Assembly (NCBI GenBank): GCA_043228905.1
Contig: JBHGNT010000157.1
Span: 282 to 64,281 of the forward strand
DNA: 64,000 bases
Reading direction: 5' to 3'
DNA from: Azolla caroliniana
Lineage: Eukaryota > Plantae > Polypodiophyta
Shown: in pieces, positions 12,721 to 26,946 of the stretch
How positions within the stretch are numbered: the first letter of the stretch is position 1
How the letters are laid out: each line of letters opens with the position of its first letter
The notes under the pieces: generated by a model
Database searches by the model: none
What the model saw: only the letters and a program-made list of their open reading frames with translations
What the model was told of the DNA's origin: nothing
Translations under genes and position numbers: made by a program

Positions 12721-14835
12721 TATATATTAGAGGCCTACAAGATGATGACTTGATTAAATAGTTGGGGGACTCCAATAAGGTGTACTAGCTTGCAGAATGG
12801 CTTACCAAGGTGCAAATTTTGTCTCAAATCATCCGTCTTCTACAAATGATAGGGATATCATAATAAAACCTAAACATCGATGTGGAAATCTTGCTGACTA
12901 ACAAATCAAATCATAATAAGATAGGGATTGGGTGAACCTCTTTGTACTTCTTCTTCATATGTGTAACGGAATATTAAATTATTTTTGTGTAATAATAGAT
13001 CCATCAGTTAATTTAATTTAATAAATAAATAACCCAGTTTTTTTCTCTTTGTTTACTCATCTCACCTCTCCCTTCTTTCTCTTTTGCTCTTTTTTTTTGG
13101 GAATGACGTCATAAACTTGTGGGCGTCCTGCAAGCAAATGATGGGAGTTGACTAAAACCCAACAAAAACAAAAAAACAAAATCCCCAAAACAAATCAAAT
13201 ACAGAAAAAAAAAAAATCAAAAAGCAAAAACCCAAGTCCAACCAAAAAAGCATAAAAAAAGAAGGAAAAGCTAGATCTCCCACATATTTTACCCGAATGC
13301 AACCCTAAGTTTCCTTGTTTTAATTCGTTGTATACGACACGCTCCTTTGTCTCCCCCCAGTAAATAAAGAGAGAGCATTATATGGATTCAATCATAAAAG
13401 AGAGCAATATATGGATTCAATCATTTCCACTGTTGCGTAAACAATTGCTGAAATTTGTGCATATAATCCTTGAGGGTCATCGGGCGGGGGTCGACCAAAG
13501 GGCATTCGGAGAAATAAAGAAATCACTAGGGTAAATTGTATGTATTATTAAGATTTCCCTGTAGAATGATATAGTGTGCAAACCATGGACGACTATGCAT
13601 ATATGTACTTGTGGGGCCACCAAGAGCAATTTGGGAGAAATCGAGACAAAAACGTTTGAGTAGAATACGAATGCTTGGCTTGCATCGTATGTTCTTCTGT
13701 ACTTGTTAGGTCATTTTTCTTTTTTGATGAGTAGCATCTACTTATGGTGATCGAATATGTACGTGGGTATGTGATTGTGAGGTGATAGCACATGTATGGA
13801 GACTCGATATGTGTATGCATGTGTCCTAAGGGCATCACACTAGGGTAGCTCGCATGCATCATAGACATGTTTGCTTCATCAGAGAAGAGAATCTTACGGA
13901 ATTTATTCTTCCATACTTCATTTTAACAAATTTGTGAGAGGCTATGTACCCCAAGTATCCTATATACAGACAATCCACTACACACATAGGAATCATGTGT
14001 TTTCTTTACCCAAGTTCTCTAAAGTACTTTGACATCCTTTATTTCACTCCCCCCCTTTCCCCATTAAATCCACATAGGGAAAACGCTCCACACACAAGCT
14101 TCGCGTGGGACATGATCACGATGCGGGCCGAATGATTGATAAAGAAAGAAGAAGGAAAGAGAACAAGTTGGGGGAATAACATTAGCTCGAGAGTGTCCTT
14201 TCAAGATACATATATATTCATATCGTTGTCAAGGACAATCTCTGCGCCCCTTCCCCACATACACACACACACACACAAGACACAAACACAGACACAATTA
14301 GTGTGCAATTCAAGAAGCCCCCCAACATTACGATATATTGTCGCAAACTCGAGAGGGACATGCTAATATAAGAACAACACGCCTCTCTACCGAGCCTCCC
14401 CAGGCGTGGCCTTAGAGCATGGCAAAGGAGCTAAAATTTTAATCCCCCAACATGATTAAGAGGGTGTTGGATCGAAGGTCGGGAAAATGTGATGTCCCAC
14501 CGGGAGCGAGTCAGTTTAGGGTTTAGGGTTTCACCCCTCTGCCCCCACTTTCCCACACACACATACACACACAACAAAATTCTGTCCTTAAGTCACATGG
14601 AGAGATTCTAATCCACTGTTGCTCTAAAAGGGGCATGTAAAAAAAGTAGCTGCAGGAATAGATATGCCAAAAAGTGCCTGCCTGTTTATATATGTGTAGC
14701 TATAAATATCCTTCCAAAAATCTTTTGGCCCATGTAATTTGAAAAGCTAATTTGGGATTAAACATGGTGCCCAAATAGAAAAGAAAAAACATAAAAAATT
14801 AAAGATTTAGCAGCCTAACAACAATCAACTCAAAA

Positions 14836-14959
14836 ACAGTCGCAGGAATTTTGAACAAATTATAAGCAGTTTTTTAAACACAGTTGCAGGAATTTTGAAC
14901 TAATTAGGAGCAGTTTTACCACAGTAGCAAGGAGTTTTGATGAGATTAGGAGCAGTTTT
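14836..14959. repeat. Three ~41-bp tandem repeats just 3' of the GRAS gene
   Basis: ACAGT(C/T/A)GCAGGAATTTTGAAC.AATTA..AGCAGTTTT occurs three times. Confidence 0.7.
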
Positions 14960-15220
14960 AACGCCTTGTGGCAATGTGATGAAAAGCATAACACACACAC
15001 ACACACACAGAGAAAATTTGGGGACACATATGTGTGTTGGAAAAATAGTAATTGATTTTATGAATTTGGTTAACTGATTGAAAACTGTGATTTATATAAA
15101 TGGTTGAATCATTCTCAGCAATAAGTTCCCATAATATGAGGAATGTACTCATGACAGGAAGTGAAATGAACGGTTCTAATTATGTGGTTTAATCTGATCA
15201 GCTAAAATGATGACAAGATT

Positions 15221-15233
15221 CTAATTCACATGG

Positions 15234-15268
<35 letters not shown>

Positions 15269-17908
15269 GCGATGGCGATGGTGATTCTGCCATGCAGAGA
15301 CCTGAAAGAGAGGGGTATGTTGCCAGCCTAAGAGAAGAGAATTACTGGTGATGACATAGCTTGATTCACCAAGATCTTCTTCATCATAGTGATAGAGTCG
15401 ATAGCCTTCAGAGGGGTAGTGGAGCCTAAGCAGAAGCTTGGCCTGAGCTATGGCAAAAGGACTGATGGGCAAAGGCTTATAGCCATTCATCATCAGCAAA
15501 TTACTGTGATGATGATTATCCCCAGACCTACAGCTGGTCCTGAAATCATCTCCTTCCTCATCACTATCTGTGTAAAGGCCATGCTCTTGTGACCTAATAA
15601 TGTACTCAGAGTAGTGGCCCAATGCATTATTTGCATGCTGGCCATGGTGCTTCATCTGCTGAATCATGTCATCATATGATAAGATGCAGCTCTTGATTTG
15701 GTGCTTGAGGAGGGTGTCCTCGAGAGCCAGCCGGTGGGGGCTCGAAGGCGGGAGGGTCGCCTCCAGCGACTGCGCGAAGGCCGCGAAATGCCGGAATATC
15801 CCCGAGAATCTGGGGGCGGAATATTCCCGGTAGTAGGCACCGGGGTCCGAAGGGCCGGGGTCGGGATTCGGGGCCGGATGATTTTGGGTCGGGGGGTTTA
15901 GCTTGGGATGGGGTGACCGAGGGGACCAGGTCGGGCTCGTGGGGCTTACGGAAGGATCGTGGCGCTCCCCGAGTGTCACGATGTCTGGGCGGAGCGCGCG
16001 GATGATGTCCTCCGTGAGGCTGCCGTAGTCCTGCGGTGCGAAGATGCAGTTTACGACCACGAGCCTTCTGGCGGAGGAAGAGGGGGTGCGGCCGTGGTGG
16101 GGGTCCCGTGCCCCCGACAGCTCCTCGATACTTCCCGCCACTGAGAATTTGAAGGGGAGCCGGAGCGAGTCCGCGAACTGCGAGAGCCGGAGCCGCATCC
16201 GCTCGACGTGGTCATCGCGGTGGCCCTCGTGCGAGGATCGCGCGGGGCCCGCGCCCGCCTGAGCTTGATCGGGATCGGGCTCAGCTGCTGATCGTGCCGG
16301 GGGCGGGATCAAGGTAGAGATCTTGAGCCGTATTCTCGGGCTCATTGCATGAAGCGGAGGAATGGCGGCGGACGAGGGTTCCTCCATATCATTACGATCC
16401 GTAGGTATACCATTAACTAACTGCTTTGACATGGATGGATTAATTCTGCTGCTTCTAACAGTAGCAGTAGTAGCAGTTGAGATTTGATTAGGATTAACAC
16501 TAGTGTTAATGTTAGCTGTAGTATTAGTAGTTGGGGTAGCAGTTGAGGAGTGATTAGGGTTAGCTTTAGTGCTAATTTTAGGGTTATAATAATAACTAGG
16601 GTTAGTGAGGATATTGCTATGTATGGCTTGCATCAGAGGTGGCCATTGCACCCCATGGGCCATCGCCCCTATATCCACGATGTGGACCTCCATCATTACA
16701 TTGTCTGCAGTGTCATTACCATCGCCATCGCCATTGTCCATGATCCACACCCCATCCTGAGGATCTCTAGATTCCATCTGATTTCTGTCATTACAAGCCA
16801 TTTTGTTGGCGAAGATTTCTGACGAGTCATTAGCGGAGGCTGCCGCCAATCTCTCCATCATGGCTTCTAATATCACTTGATTTGCTGTGAGATGAGCAAA
16901 CCTCAGGAATGGAGTGGCTTGATTGAATGCTAAATACGCATCCTTAACTTCCTTCATCTGCATATAATTGTCATTATAATTTCTACAATCCATTGAAGTG
17001 CAACTGCTACTGGTTCTGGCTATATTATCCGCATGAATCTGATGATTATTATGCATTATCGATCCCAGCTTCTCCATTTCGATCCTTGCTCTGAAGGCCT
17101 CTAAGAAATGCTCCACAACCTTCATATTCACAGTGGATTGGATATGACCTGCAGCGTCTAATCCTCCGTCGTCATCAGTACTGTCATCAGTACTGTCATC
17201 AGTACTGTCATCAGAATCATCTAATAGCTGGAGTAGGATCTGGTTATTATGTGGTGATCCTAGCTGCAGCCGTGTGTTTAATTCTGTCGTGCTAATCATA
17301 TGGCAGCGATCACAACCAGAATCCACAGGTGTCTGCGTGGATAATCTTGGCAGCGATGGTGTTAAATCTAGTCTTTTTGCAGTAGAATCCAGATTCTTCC
17401 TCGAGCCAAGAAATCTCTCGTATAGGCTGTCTATCATCCTTTCAGATCTGGCCCAATCTCCTGCAGAGATCCATTTTGCACAGAGCCCCAACAGTCGGTG
17501 AAGATTAAGACGCTGCTTCTTCTTCTTCTTCTTCTTCTTCTTCTTCTTCTTCGGTTGCTTGCTACAATCATCAGGGAGTAGCAATGCAGGAACTGCAGCG
17601 GCGGCACAATCACCGCCATAACGATTATCTTGGCTCTCCCTCATCATCATCATCATCTTCTTCTTCTTCTTTATCTTCTTCTTCTTCTTCTTCTTCTTCT
17701 GCTGCTGCTGCTGCTGCTTCCTTTCTTGATCCTCCGTCTGCATATGAAGCTCGCCATCGCTGCTGTAAGGAAAATGGACGCCACTAGTGGTGCATTTCTG
17801 GTGAAGATCATTAGAGGTAGTAGAGATCATAGGCATGGAGGAAGAAGAAGAAGAAGATTCAGAAGAAGAATCAGAAGAAGAAGAAGATTCAGAAGAATCT
17901 GACTGCAT
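15221..17908 (-). CDS. LAS: GRAS-family transcription regulator, LATERAL SUPPRESSOR/MOC1 (SCL18) subfamily; single exon, 895 aa
   Basis: Motifs AYLAFNQATPFLRFAHLTANQVILEAM, VHIVD...HGVQWPPLMQA, RLSQFADSLRLPFKF, LVVVNC, IRALRPDIVTLGER, SLEATLPPSS, ISPFAIAQAKLLLRLHYPSEGY and LLLGWQHTPLFQVSAW. LEATLPP and AKLLLRLHYPSEGY are characteristic of LAS/LS/MOC1. The symbol is a subfamily assignment, not proven orthology. Confidence 0.92.
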
Positions 17909-18429
17909 ACTACTACTACTGCCTTCTGCCGCCTAATTAGATAGGTAATGAAGGATGAATTAGGGATATAATTACATGTTAATAAACAAGGAAGGGTGTG
18001 GATTGTTGATTAACAGAGCAGAGAAAAGTAATTCAGGAGTTTCTAGCCCTGCCTGTACTTTAGGCCTCAAGAAAAGAAAAAAAGAAAAAAAAGAGCAAAG
18101 AAAAAGGAATGAATATGTAGAGATATGTACATACATACATACATACATACATAGCCCTTGAGAAGAAAAAGAAAGGAAAAAAAAAGAAAGAGAAAAAGGA
18201 AAAAAAATAAACACAAAACCCTAAGACAAAAAAAAAGGAGAAAGGAGGAGATGGGTTTTTATTTTTTTAACTGAATTGGGAAGGGAAAGAAATGGACAAG
18301 TTGGCAAATGCAATAATATATGTAATCAAACTCAATAAATAATACTAACAATAGCAAACAACAGGATTTATTCCAATGCAGGAAAGGAAGGAGAATGTGT
18401 GCTTCTTTTTTTCTCTCTCTGTTTCTCTT

Positions 18430-18470
<41 letters not shown>

Positions 18471-18708
18471 GTCTGTCTGAATGTGTGCTTCCCTTCTTCC
18501 CCCTAGTGGGATGATGAGCTTTTCTAACCTAAAATCAAAATTAAAACCAAAACTAATCATAGTAATAATGTGCAGAATTGTGGTTATGCAGACACACCCA
18601 GAGAGATAAAGAGACACAACAAAGAGGGAGACAGAGAGAGAGGGGGGGGGGGGGGGGAGTGGCGTGAAAGGGAAGTTGAGATTCATTCATAATTCCTCAC
18701 TTTTAGCT

Positions 18709-18750
<42 letters not shown>

Positions 18751-19032
18751 GCTCACTATTTGGTAGTAGTGTTAGGAAAGTAAGGAGCTTGGAAAGTTGA
18801 ACCATCAATGCTCTCCATGTATGGCATGGTATATGTATGTATGTATGTATGCATTTGAGTATGTATGTACATATATGCATGCATGCATGCATTTGTGTAT
18901 GTATGTATCCATTCTGTGTTTGTATGTATATTTGTATGCATTAAATCCATCTCCCCAAGTTGAAAGGATAATTTGTGGAAGAGGAGAGGATAGAGAGGAA
19001 AGGATAGAGACATGTAGAGATTGTGTGTGTGT

Positions 19033-19068
<36 letters not shown>

Positions 19069-19500
19069 TTTGTCATGTATATGAGTGTCTGTGTGTCATG
19101 TATGTATATGTGTGCGTTTGTGTCTGTGTATGTGTCATGTATATGTGTGTATGTGTTTTATGTATATATGTGTGTACGTAGTGTATTTTGGTCCATGTGT
19201 ATGTATGTATGCATGTACATATATGGATGTATGTATGTATTTCTGTAGCATGTATGTTTGTGTGTTTGTAAAGGGGAAATGCGTCAAAGATTTCTCACCC
19301 ACATATGTATATGTATGTATGTACGTACGTATGTATGTATGTATGTATGTATGTATGTATGTATGTATGTATGTATGTATGTATGTATGTATGTATGTAT
19401 GTATGTATGTATGTATGTATGTATGTATGTAGTATGTGTGTTTGTGTGTTTGTGAAGGGGGAATGCGTCAAAGATATCTCGCCCACATATGAATAGAAGG
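17909..19500. repeat. Microsatellite-dense upstream region of the GRAS gene: (CT)n/(GA)n, (TG)n, (TATG)n, poly-G, poly-A
   Basis: (CT)n at ~18411-18466 and ~18714-18746, (GT)n at ~19035-19066, long (TATG)n at ~19310-19430. Confidence 0.9.
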
Positions 19501-20407
19501 ATTTATCCTCCCCCAACATGATCATCAACATCACATAGTCATACACAAATCTAGACATCGTAATCAACATGATCGGGGATCATATAAACATTCACAATTC
19601 CAGGCACCATAATCAACTCAGCTTCAACAACTATAATGAAAACACAAGACTCCAACCTAATATATGTAAAAGCCTCATTGAGCACACAAAATGGTCACCT
19701 TGTTCACACATGCCACATTGTGTGGTGGTCGACTCACCTAACGTAACAAATAATTTAACAAAGACATACATGAACCCAAAATATAAGACTAACCAGTCAC
19801 TTGAATCTCCAACATATATAGCAACTCAACCAAGAGGAGGTATTCTTGTTTTGAAAGGATAGTGGTGGTTTGATACATATGTGGATAGGAGTTTGTCATC
19901 TCCATCGAGCTACAATTGGTATAATGCGAAGTTACTAAGTTAATGGCTCGATGTGTAGTAGTGTGAATGGTAATGCTCACTATATGTTATGCATGGGTAC
20001 ACCTAGGCAAGCCTGAATGCATATATAGGATATTGAAGTGTAAAATGATTTGCAACTTTTTTTCGCCTATGCGAGGTTTACTAACTTACCACACACTCTT
20101 AGCTAGGTAGAAGTCTAGGTGAGATGTAAGGTCTTGTTTTGTTACTCATGTTATGGGTTGGTCAACTGTTTAATGATTTCACACATGTACAAGATAAAGG
20201 TCTTGGCAATTGGAATTGGTGTTTCAATGTGGTATTGTGCACTCTTTATAAGTAACAAAAAGTCTTTAAGGCCTATCCGGTATAAAAGAGTATAAGATAG
20301 AGAGTAAATAATGATAAATGAGGATTGAGAAATACTAGTTTATGTGTATGTGACATGTGTGTATGCATGGATGAGAAGAATGTGGACCTAGAATGTGTGC
20401 AATTAGT

Positions 20408-20448
<41 letters not shown>

Positions 20449-21498
20449 ACATCACCATTTGATGTATTTCCTCCCTTCAGAGAAAGGTGTGGCCATGTTA
20501 GGAGTGATTAATGCCAATAATAGGCACAATTTATGACAATATGGATTCTCGAATTTAGCAATTCAAGACAGAGAGATTCGAAGGTAGAAAGTATTCCTTC
20601 TTGTGAGAACTTTAGAAGGTTCACACACCCATCTCTTTGTACCTTGTTTGGTGCAGAGACAAGAATTTAAAGCCCACATGGGACAATTCTATGGGATAAG
20701 AGTGCAAATTGCACAAAGGGCAATAGTTGGATACGGCGTTAGCACATAGTTTTGGTCTAAAAACATTTGATGATAACGACTTCCACGTGGACCTAGTTAT
20801 GTTGCACCTCTTAGGGCCCATGAGGGAGTTGAGTGTGTCGAACAGGTGGGACCCATAGGGCCATTTTGGTGACAACAATATATCACGGGGTTTGATGCAA
20901 CCATTGGGGCCCCTCGACTCCTTAGCTCGAGCCATTAGTTCAGTGGAGTGATACTCTACATGCTCAAATATTGAAGATATAGTTTGGCTTGTATATATCG
21001 ATAGAGAGAAAGACACAAAAAATGAAACCACACTCCCTGATGTGAGTGACGTAAAAAAATAAGAGTTTGAGTGTGCGCAAGAAGTGAGGGAGATTCTATT
21101 GGATAAGAGAGATTGCATGGAAAGAATTTGAGAGAGAGAGAGAGAGAGAGAGATGATGAGTTTTCTACTAGAGAACAATCAAGAAATTCTTCTAGAGGAT
21201 CAGAAATTACTAGGGATATATCATATGACACATTTTGAGACTAGGGTACATAATTGTGATTCATGAGATAGAGACAAGAAAGACATTCTAACACTAGGGG
21301 AGCACACACACACACACAACCCTACTCTCTCTCTCTCTCTCTCTCAAACACACTTTAGTGTGTCCGAGGTGTATACTTGCGATCCACGAGATAGGTAGGG
21401 ATATACAAGAAAAAAGACTAACGGACATATATCATAAAGTTACAAAATAGGATAACTATACATCCATCACAAATCCACATTGTGTATACTTGTGACTC

Positions 21499-21535
<37 letters not shown>

Positions 21536-24429
21536 ACACACACACACACACACACACACATTTATTAATATAATTGTGTGTTTTCACCAAAAGAGAGAGA
21601 GGAAGAAGAAGAAAGAAAGAAAGAAGAAAAAGAAAGAAAACTAATGCCTCTCTATACGTCATAAAGATCAAAGAGGATAGGTGTATATGTATTCATAAAT
21701 CATCAATTCTCTTCACTTTCTCTTTCTCAATGTAAATGTGTCCGTTTGTGTATGTATGTATCTGTCCCTTTGTATGTGAATATGTCTGTATGTAATATGT
21801 ATGTATCTATCCATGTGCATGTGAATATGATTGTATGTATGCATGTATGCATGTAAGTATATGTCCATGTCCATGTCCATGTGTATGTATGCATGCATGC
21901 ATGTATGTACGTATGTTTGTATGATGCATCCATGCATGTAAAATTGATTTGTGCATGATATGGATGACAGAATATAAGATTCCTATAAGTAGGTTTACAT
22001 CGGAAAGAACATATGTTAGAATCATTCATTATTTTGTTATAGGCGTCTGCCGAATCATTAGACTATTTTAGGTTTTCTAGACGTTAACAAATTATCAGAG
22101 AATGTAAAATTTCCAAGAGAGAAAGAGGTTCCAAATGGAGATGGAAGACAAAACATCATGGGTAATGAACTTTATAGCTAGTGGTCCATCCAACAATGAT
22201 ACGTTGGAAAATATTTTCGGTGTCATTTTCATGATGTTGAAAGAATGGATCTACCAGGTTGCCCCACTTTTTGAGAAGGTTTTTTCTTCATGATGAAACA
22301 ATGGATTCTTTTTCTTAGAAGTAACTTAGATTACCAATAGGAAACCTCAATATGAGATGCAAATTTGGAATGCTAATTTACAAAATGCCTCATTGGTAAC
22401 ATGGTGCTTAAAGCATTGAAAAAGAATGTGAAAGTTGTTTAAATGGACAAATGATCAAAACGCCAACTTAAAGAACACTAACTCATTAAGGTCGGGGTTA
22501 TGTGACATCCGAATAGTCTACAATCCTTAAATTTTTTGAAACCATGGATACCTAAAGTGTCCTTGACCCAAAAAGGGCACATATGAACACGGATCAACAT
22601 TATTCATAACTTTTCCATAAATTCTGTTTCTTTTCTTTGGAATCAAAGGACAAACAAGGCATGCCATAAGGTGCTAGAATCACACGTTTCTCTTGATTAG
22701 GGTGTGTACACACATTGTGTCGAGTGGCACCATGCTAGATGTGAACTCTTCTATCTATCCAACAAAGGATAAACTCTATTACCCGATTTCTCAAACAATG
22801 GCTGTATGCAAACAATAACCTACATGAGTTCACAAAGGACAAAATTACCCAAATCGTAACACAATCTTCTACTTGAGACTAAGTATGACAATACCATGGT
22901 GCCTTTGTGCACATCATGAGAAACACATCCGTATGAATAGACAAAAGAGGAGAAGCTATATGACTTGGTGAATTTGGATGATCACTTGGTAAACATGATG
23001 CTTGATGGATGTCACAGTAGTCTATGATTATATATGACTCTTGTTGAATCTTTCATAGAAAAATAGCAAAGTTATCACAATTAATGTTTTACCAGAAGTT
23101 AAGGCGAAAAGATGGTAGATGCGACTTTAATGAAATGATGCATGTACACTTTTATATAATCATATAGATGTATTCTGTGTATGGTTTTATATAGTCAATC
23201 AATGAGGCTGGTAAATACATCTTAAGTGTAATTTCTGAATTGCAGTTGTTGATGCTTAGATGTAAATAATCAATAATGGCTAAATCGTTTCTCAAGACAT
23301 TACATAAGAGACTTTGGATGTCCCCACAAATTATCTCTTACATATTCACATGCTTAACGTGCTTCAACTTGGAATTATAAATGTGTACATATGATGCAGA
23401 CCTCACGCTTTACAACATTATGACTGTGTATTCAAGTTTGAGCAGTTGTATTCATTATAAAGATAATTCATTCTTCTTAACATGGCAAATTGATTTAAAA
23501 CATTTACTCCATCATGAAGTCCCATTTGTTTTTATTATATTGACATTAACATTAAGAGCTAATTGTTTGACATTAACAATATTCATAAACATAACAATTG
23601 CAAATGATGACACATTATAACACTAGAAACATGACAATTAGGAATGAGTATCATTAATTAGCTACATATAAAGGGTTAGTTGCCCTTTTTGCACTCTTCT
23701 CTTCTATATGCCTATGTTATGGGTCATTTCGATATTGTGAGTTGTTATTTGAGAATAAGAGTAGGCTCTCTCACGACTTAGTCACATGATCGAGTCAGCA
23801 TTGGGTTACATGGTAGATGCTATAGGAACATTCATCCTCACATTTTTTTGTCGAAAAAAGTGGCATACCAAGTATTCATCTTACCCATGCATGTGTAGGT
23901 GTAGGTTTGTTAATACGAAAGGTGTAAATGTGCATGGGGCATGCATGTACGAAATAATATAACAAGAATGTAAGGCCAAGTTTGAATTATAGGCACACAA
24001 ATGGATTGATTGGAAGGATCTAATAATGTTCAAGTACACTATTTGTACTCATAGTACTAAATTCTAGCATATGTAAAAAGACATATTATTATTAACATCT
24101 TAATATAGATATAGAGATACTAATAATTTTACTTGGAAAATCATTCTAATACATAAGAATAATTTTTTATTTGAATAATGATAAGAGTACAAATAATACT
24201 AGAATTGATGTTAATGCATTGACTTTATCAATCATGAACGGGGTTTGCCACCATAGTTGGGCAAAAATTTTGATCCCAAATGGAAATTTTCTTGTTGCTC
24301 CTCAACCTAGTCGAATTTCAAGAATGATTACTAGCAATTTCGTACTATTATTCATGTCATTTGGAACAATAAGAAATTAAAAAAGAGGAAATTCATCTTT
24401 TTAGTAAATTTTCAGAATTGCAAAGTCAT

Positions 24430-25330
24430 GTAGCAATCACAAAATAAGAGTCAATGCTTGTTCTTATTATCATTATCCAATTGCCTATCATCTTAGAAGA
24501 GGTTCTAGTGCTAGAAAGAGTTTGGAATTCTTGGCCTTTAGTAACCAAAGAATATAACATCCTAACCACTTGCACGTGAAATTTGTTTGCTCCTCATTTG
24601 GGCTTTTGCCTTGCCATAATTATATTTTTAGAAACTCTTTGTTTCAATTTGAGTAAAATGCATGTTGTTATCAAATGAAAACTGTTGTTATCTTGTGTTG
24701 CTAGCTTTTAATCTTGAACATGCCTTTCCTTCTCTAATATTTAAGGTCATGCCTTTCCATTCACCAAAACAACATTTGCAAAATACTCTATTTGAAAGGA
24801 AATGCATATAATAAAGAAAAAAAAAGTTTCCTAGAAAATACAACAGTAAAATCCATGAAAACTAATATGTATTCACCATCACTATCATCATCTTGGGATT
24901 TCCTTACATTCTTTTCAATAACAACAAAGCTTTTACATGCCATTTGGGATGCATCTTGTAGAGTTATCATATCAAGACTTGTCCATTCTTTGCAATGCTC
25001 TGATCCATAATGAAAGCTTGATATTGAATATCTTGCGAGGAAGCTTCCAAGTATCATATTTGAGGATTGGATTAATATTATATAGACACACTCAATATCT
25101 TGTGAGGAAGCTTCCAAGTATCATATTTGAGGATTGGATTAATATTATAAAGAGACATGCCAAGCTGGCTAACAAGTTCAAACATATTAATGCAATGACA
25201 TTGTCATCATTCCATAAATTACCTGTTTCCGTGACATTTCTATACTTGTAAACCTCCTTCATACACTTTGATCCTTACTCTTGGAAATCATGATTGAACC
25301 ATGCGAATGTATTATCATCACTATTAAGTT
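24430..25330 (-). pseudogene. Possible PIF/Harbinger transposase remnant
   Basis: Minus strand gives KQISRA..(frameshift)..FFG.LKA near 24530-24590 and LLYAFPF upstream, resembling the DDE_Tnp_4 pattern GDxAYP...SxARxxVExxFGxLKxRF; heavily decayed, boundaries approximate. Confidence 0.3.
25027..25156. repeat. 67-bp tandem duplication
   Basis: AATATCTTG(C/T)GAGGAAGCTTCCAAGTATCATATTTGAGGATTGGATTAATATTATA at 25027 and 25094. Confidence 0.9.
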
Positions 25331-26946
25331 TGCTCATGCTACCATGAAAGTGAACAATTGTGAGCATACTTGGATAACAAAAAAGGAACATTGAACTACA
25401 AAAAACTAAAAAGCACAAATAAGGTGTAGGTAAAAAAAAAAGTGTTCCTTTAATATTTTGGCCCATTGGTTTTATCATGTGTAAAGCTACATTCATCTTG
25501 TGAATTCATTGATTCACAAAGAAAAAAAGAAAAATGGATTCAAATACACAACTCAAGTGGATTTCCATCTCATATATGTCTTCATGGAATGTGCCACAAT
25601 TGTTAGCCTTGAGAGTGTTGTCTCTTCCTCTAACTTGCCACAAGCAAACACATGTGATGGTGAAAATTCTACATGGAAATTCTATCATCAATATCCATGC
25701 CATCCTAGGTCTTTATTTACGGAGATTATGGACATTAATATAAGGAAACATAAATGTTTATGAACAAAAGGGAAATATATGGAATTCCTATAATCAATAG
25801 CTTTTCCATTGAGTATATTATGGAACTTAATATAAAGAAACATAAATGTTCATGAACAAAAAGGGAAACAACCATCCCCACATACTACTATACTAGATAC
25901 TAAACATTTAAATGGTGAAGTCAATTTGCACTATTACAACAACTCCTCACACTTAAAGTCTAACTACCTATACAAGAAGTGTGTCGAGTGGACCTAGACT
26001 TAGATCACAATAGAGGACTTGATCACCTCATAGTCAAATATGTTGAACACATTGTGAGGAGATGCTATGGTTGAACCCAATGACTTTGTATGATGTACGT
26101 TGGAAGTTTAAGGGAGAATTCAGAATAGATATGGGGAACCAATAGTAACAACATTGCGAAGCAACATGATCATCAATGAAAATGTTGAAGTGCAAGTCAT
26201 AATTGATGCCTTGGGAGTCATCTTTGAGAGTGGTGACACTATATTCACCCTCCCAATAATTTTGAATAGCTCGATTATGCCAACAATAACATATACAAGG
26301 TGGGGAGTTAGTATCAATAATGATTGTTGACAAATGTGTTGTAGGCAAAAAATGGTTGTCTTTGACATGAAAGAATGTTCAATGGATCCATCTAAAGACC
26401 CAAGGAGATATAGTGAACCATAAGTTTTGAGATATGGGGGTTGATTTCTACTTTACCGTCGTGACCACAAGATCAACAAACCATCTAACTTATGATTATT
26501 TCTTGGAATGACCTTTCCTAATGTTTGATCGATTGCTAATGGGTTTTGGATGTGATGTAATTTACAATAAAAAGGATAATAGGATCTACTTATCAAAGTC
26601 TACATCCAAAAATCTACAATCAAGAAGAGAGTGTTCTCAAGGATGATTTTCAGTCATGATGGAATTTGAAGATCAAGAACTCAAACAAGATATTGATAGC
26701 TCAAGTGTCAAACGAGAACCTATTCACCTACAAGAACTTCATCCTAGATGAATTGTGTCCTTGAACCGCCATGGTGGAAGGGTTGTAATCAATTGGTACT
26801 TAGTATTCTGATGAAGATGGGCGATCAATTTTGTGTTTCATTGTCGTGATGTGACATGTGCAAGGGAAGAAAAATAGATAAAGATTAACCTTTGCAATAA
26901 GTTAAGATTTAGAGATACCGAAGAAGAAGTAATGAGATGAGCATTG

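Noticed and set aside
14515-14532. Telomeric repeat (TTTAGGG)
   Set aside because: Only about 2.5 units; at most a telo-box, not a telomere relic.
19450-21450. Old LTR or other repeat upstream of the GRAS gene
   Set aside because: LTR-like texture, but no defensible termini, PBS, PPT or TSD.
17972-22029. Many short ORFs (CVCV, MYVC, SLSL, YIHT repeats)
   Set aside because: They are translations of microsatellites.
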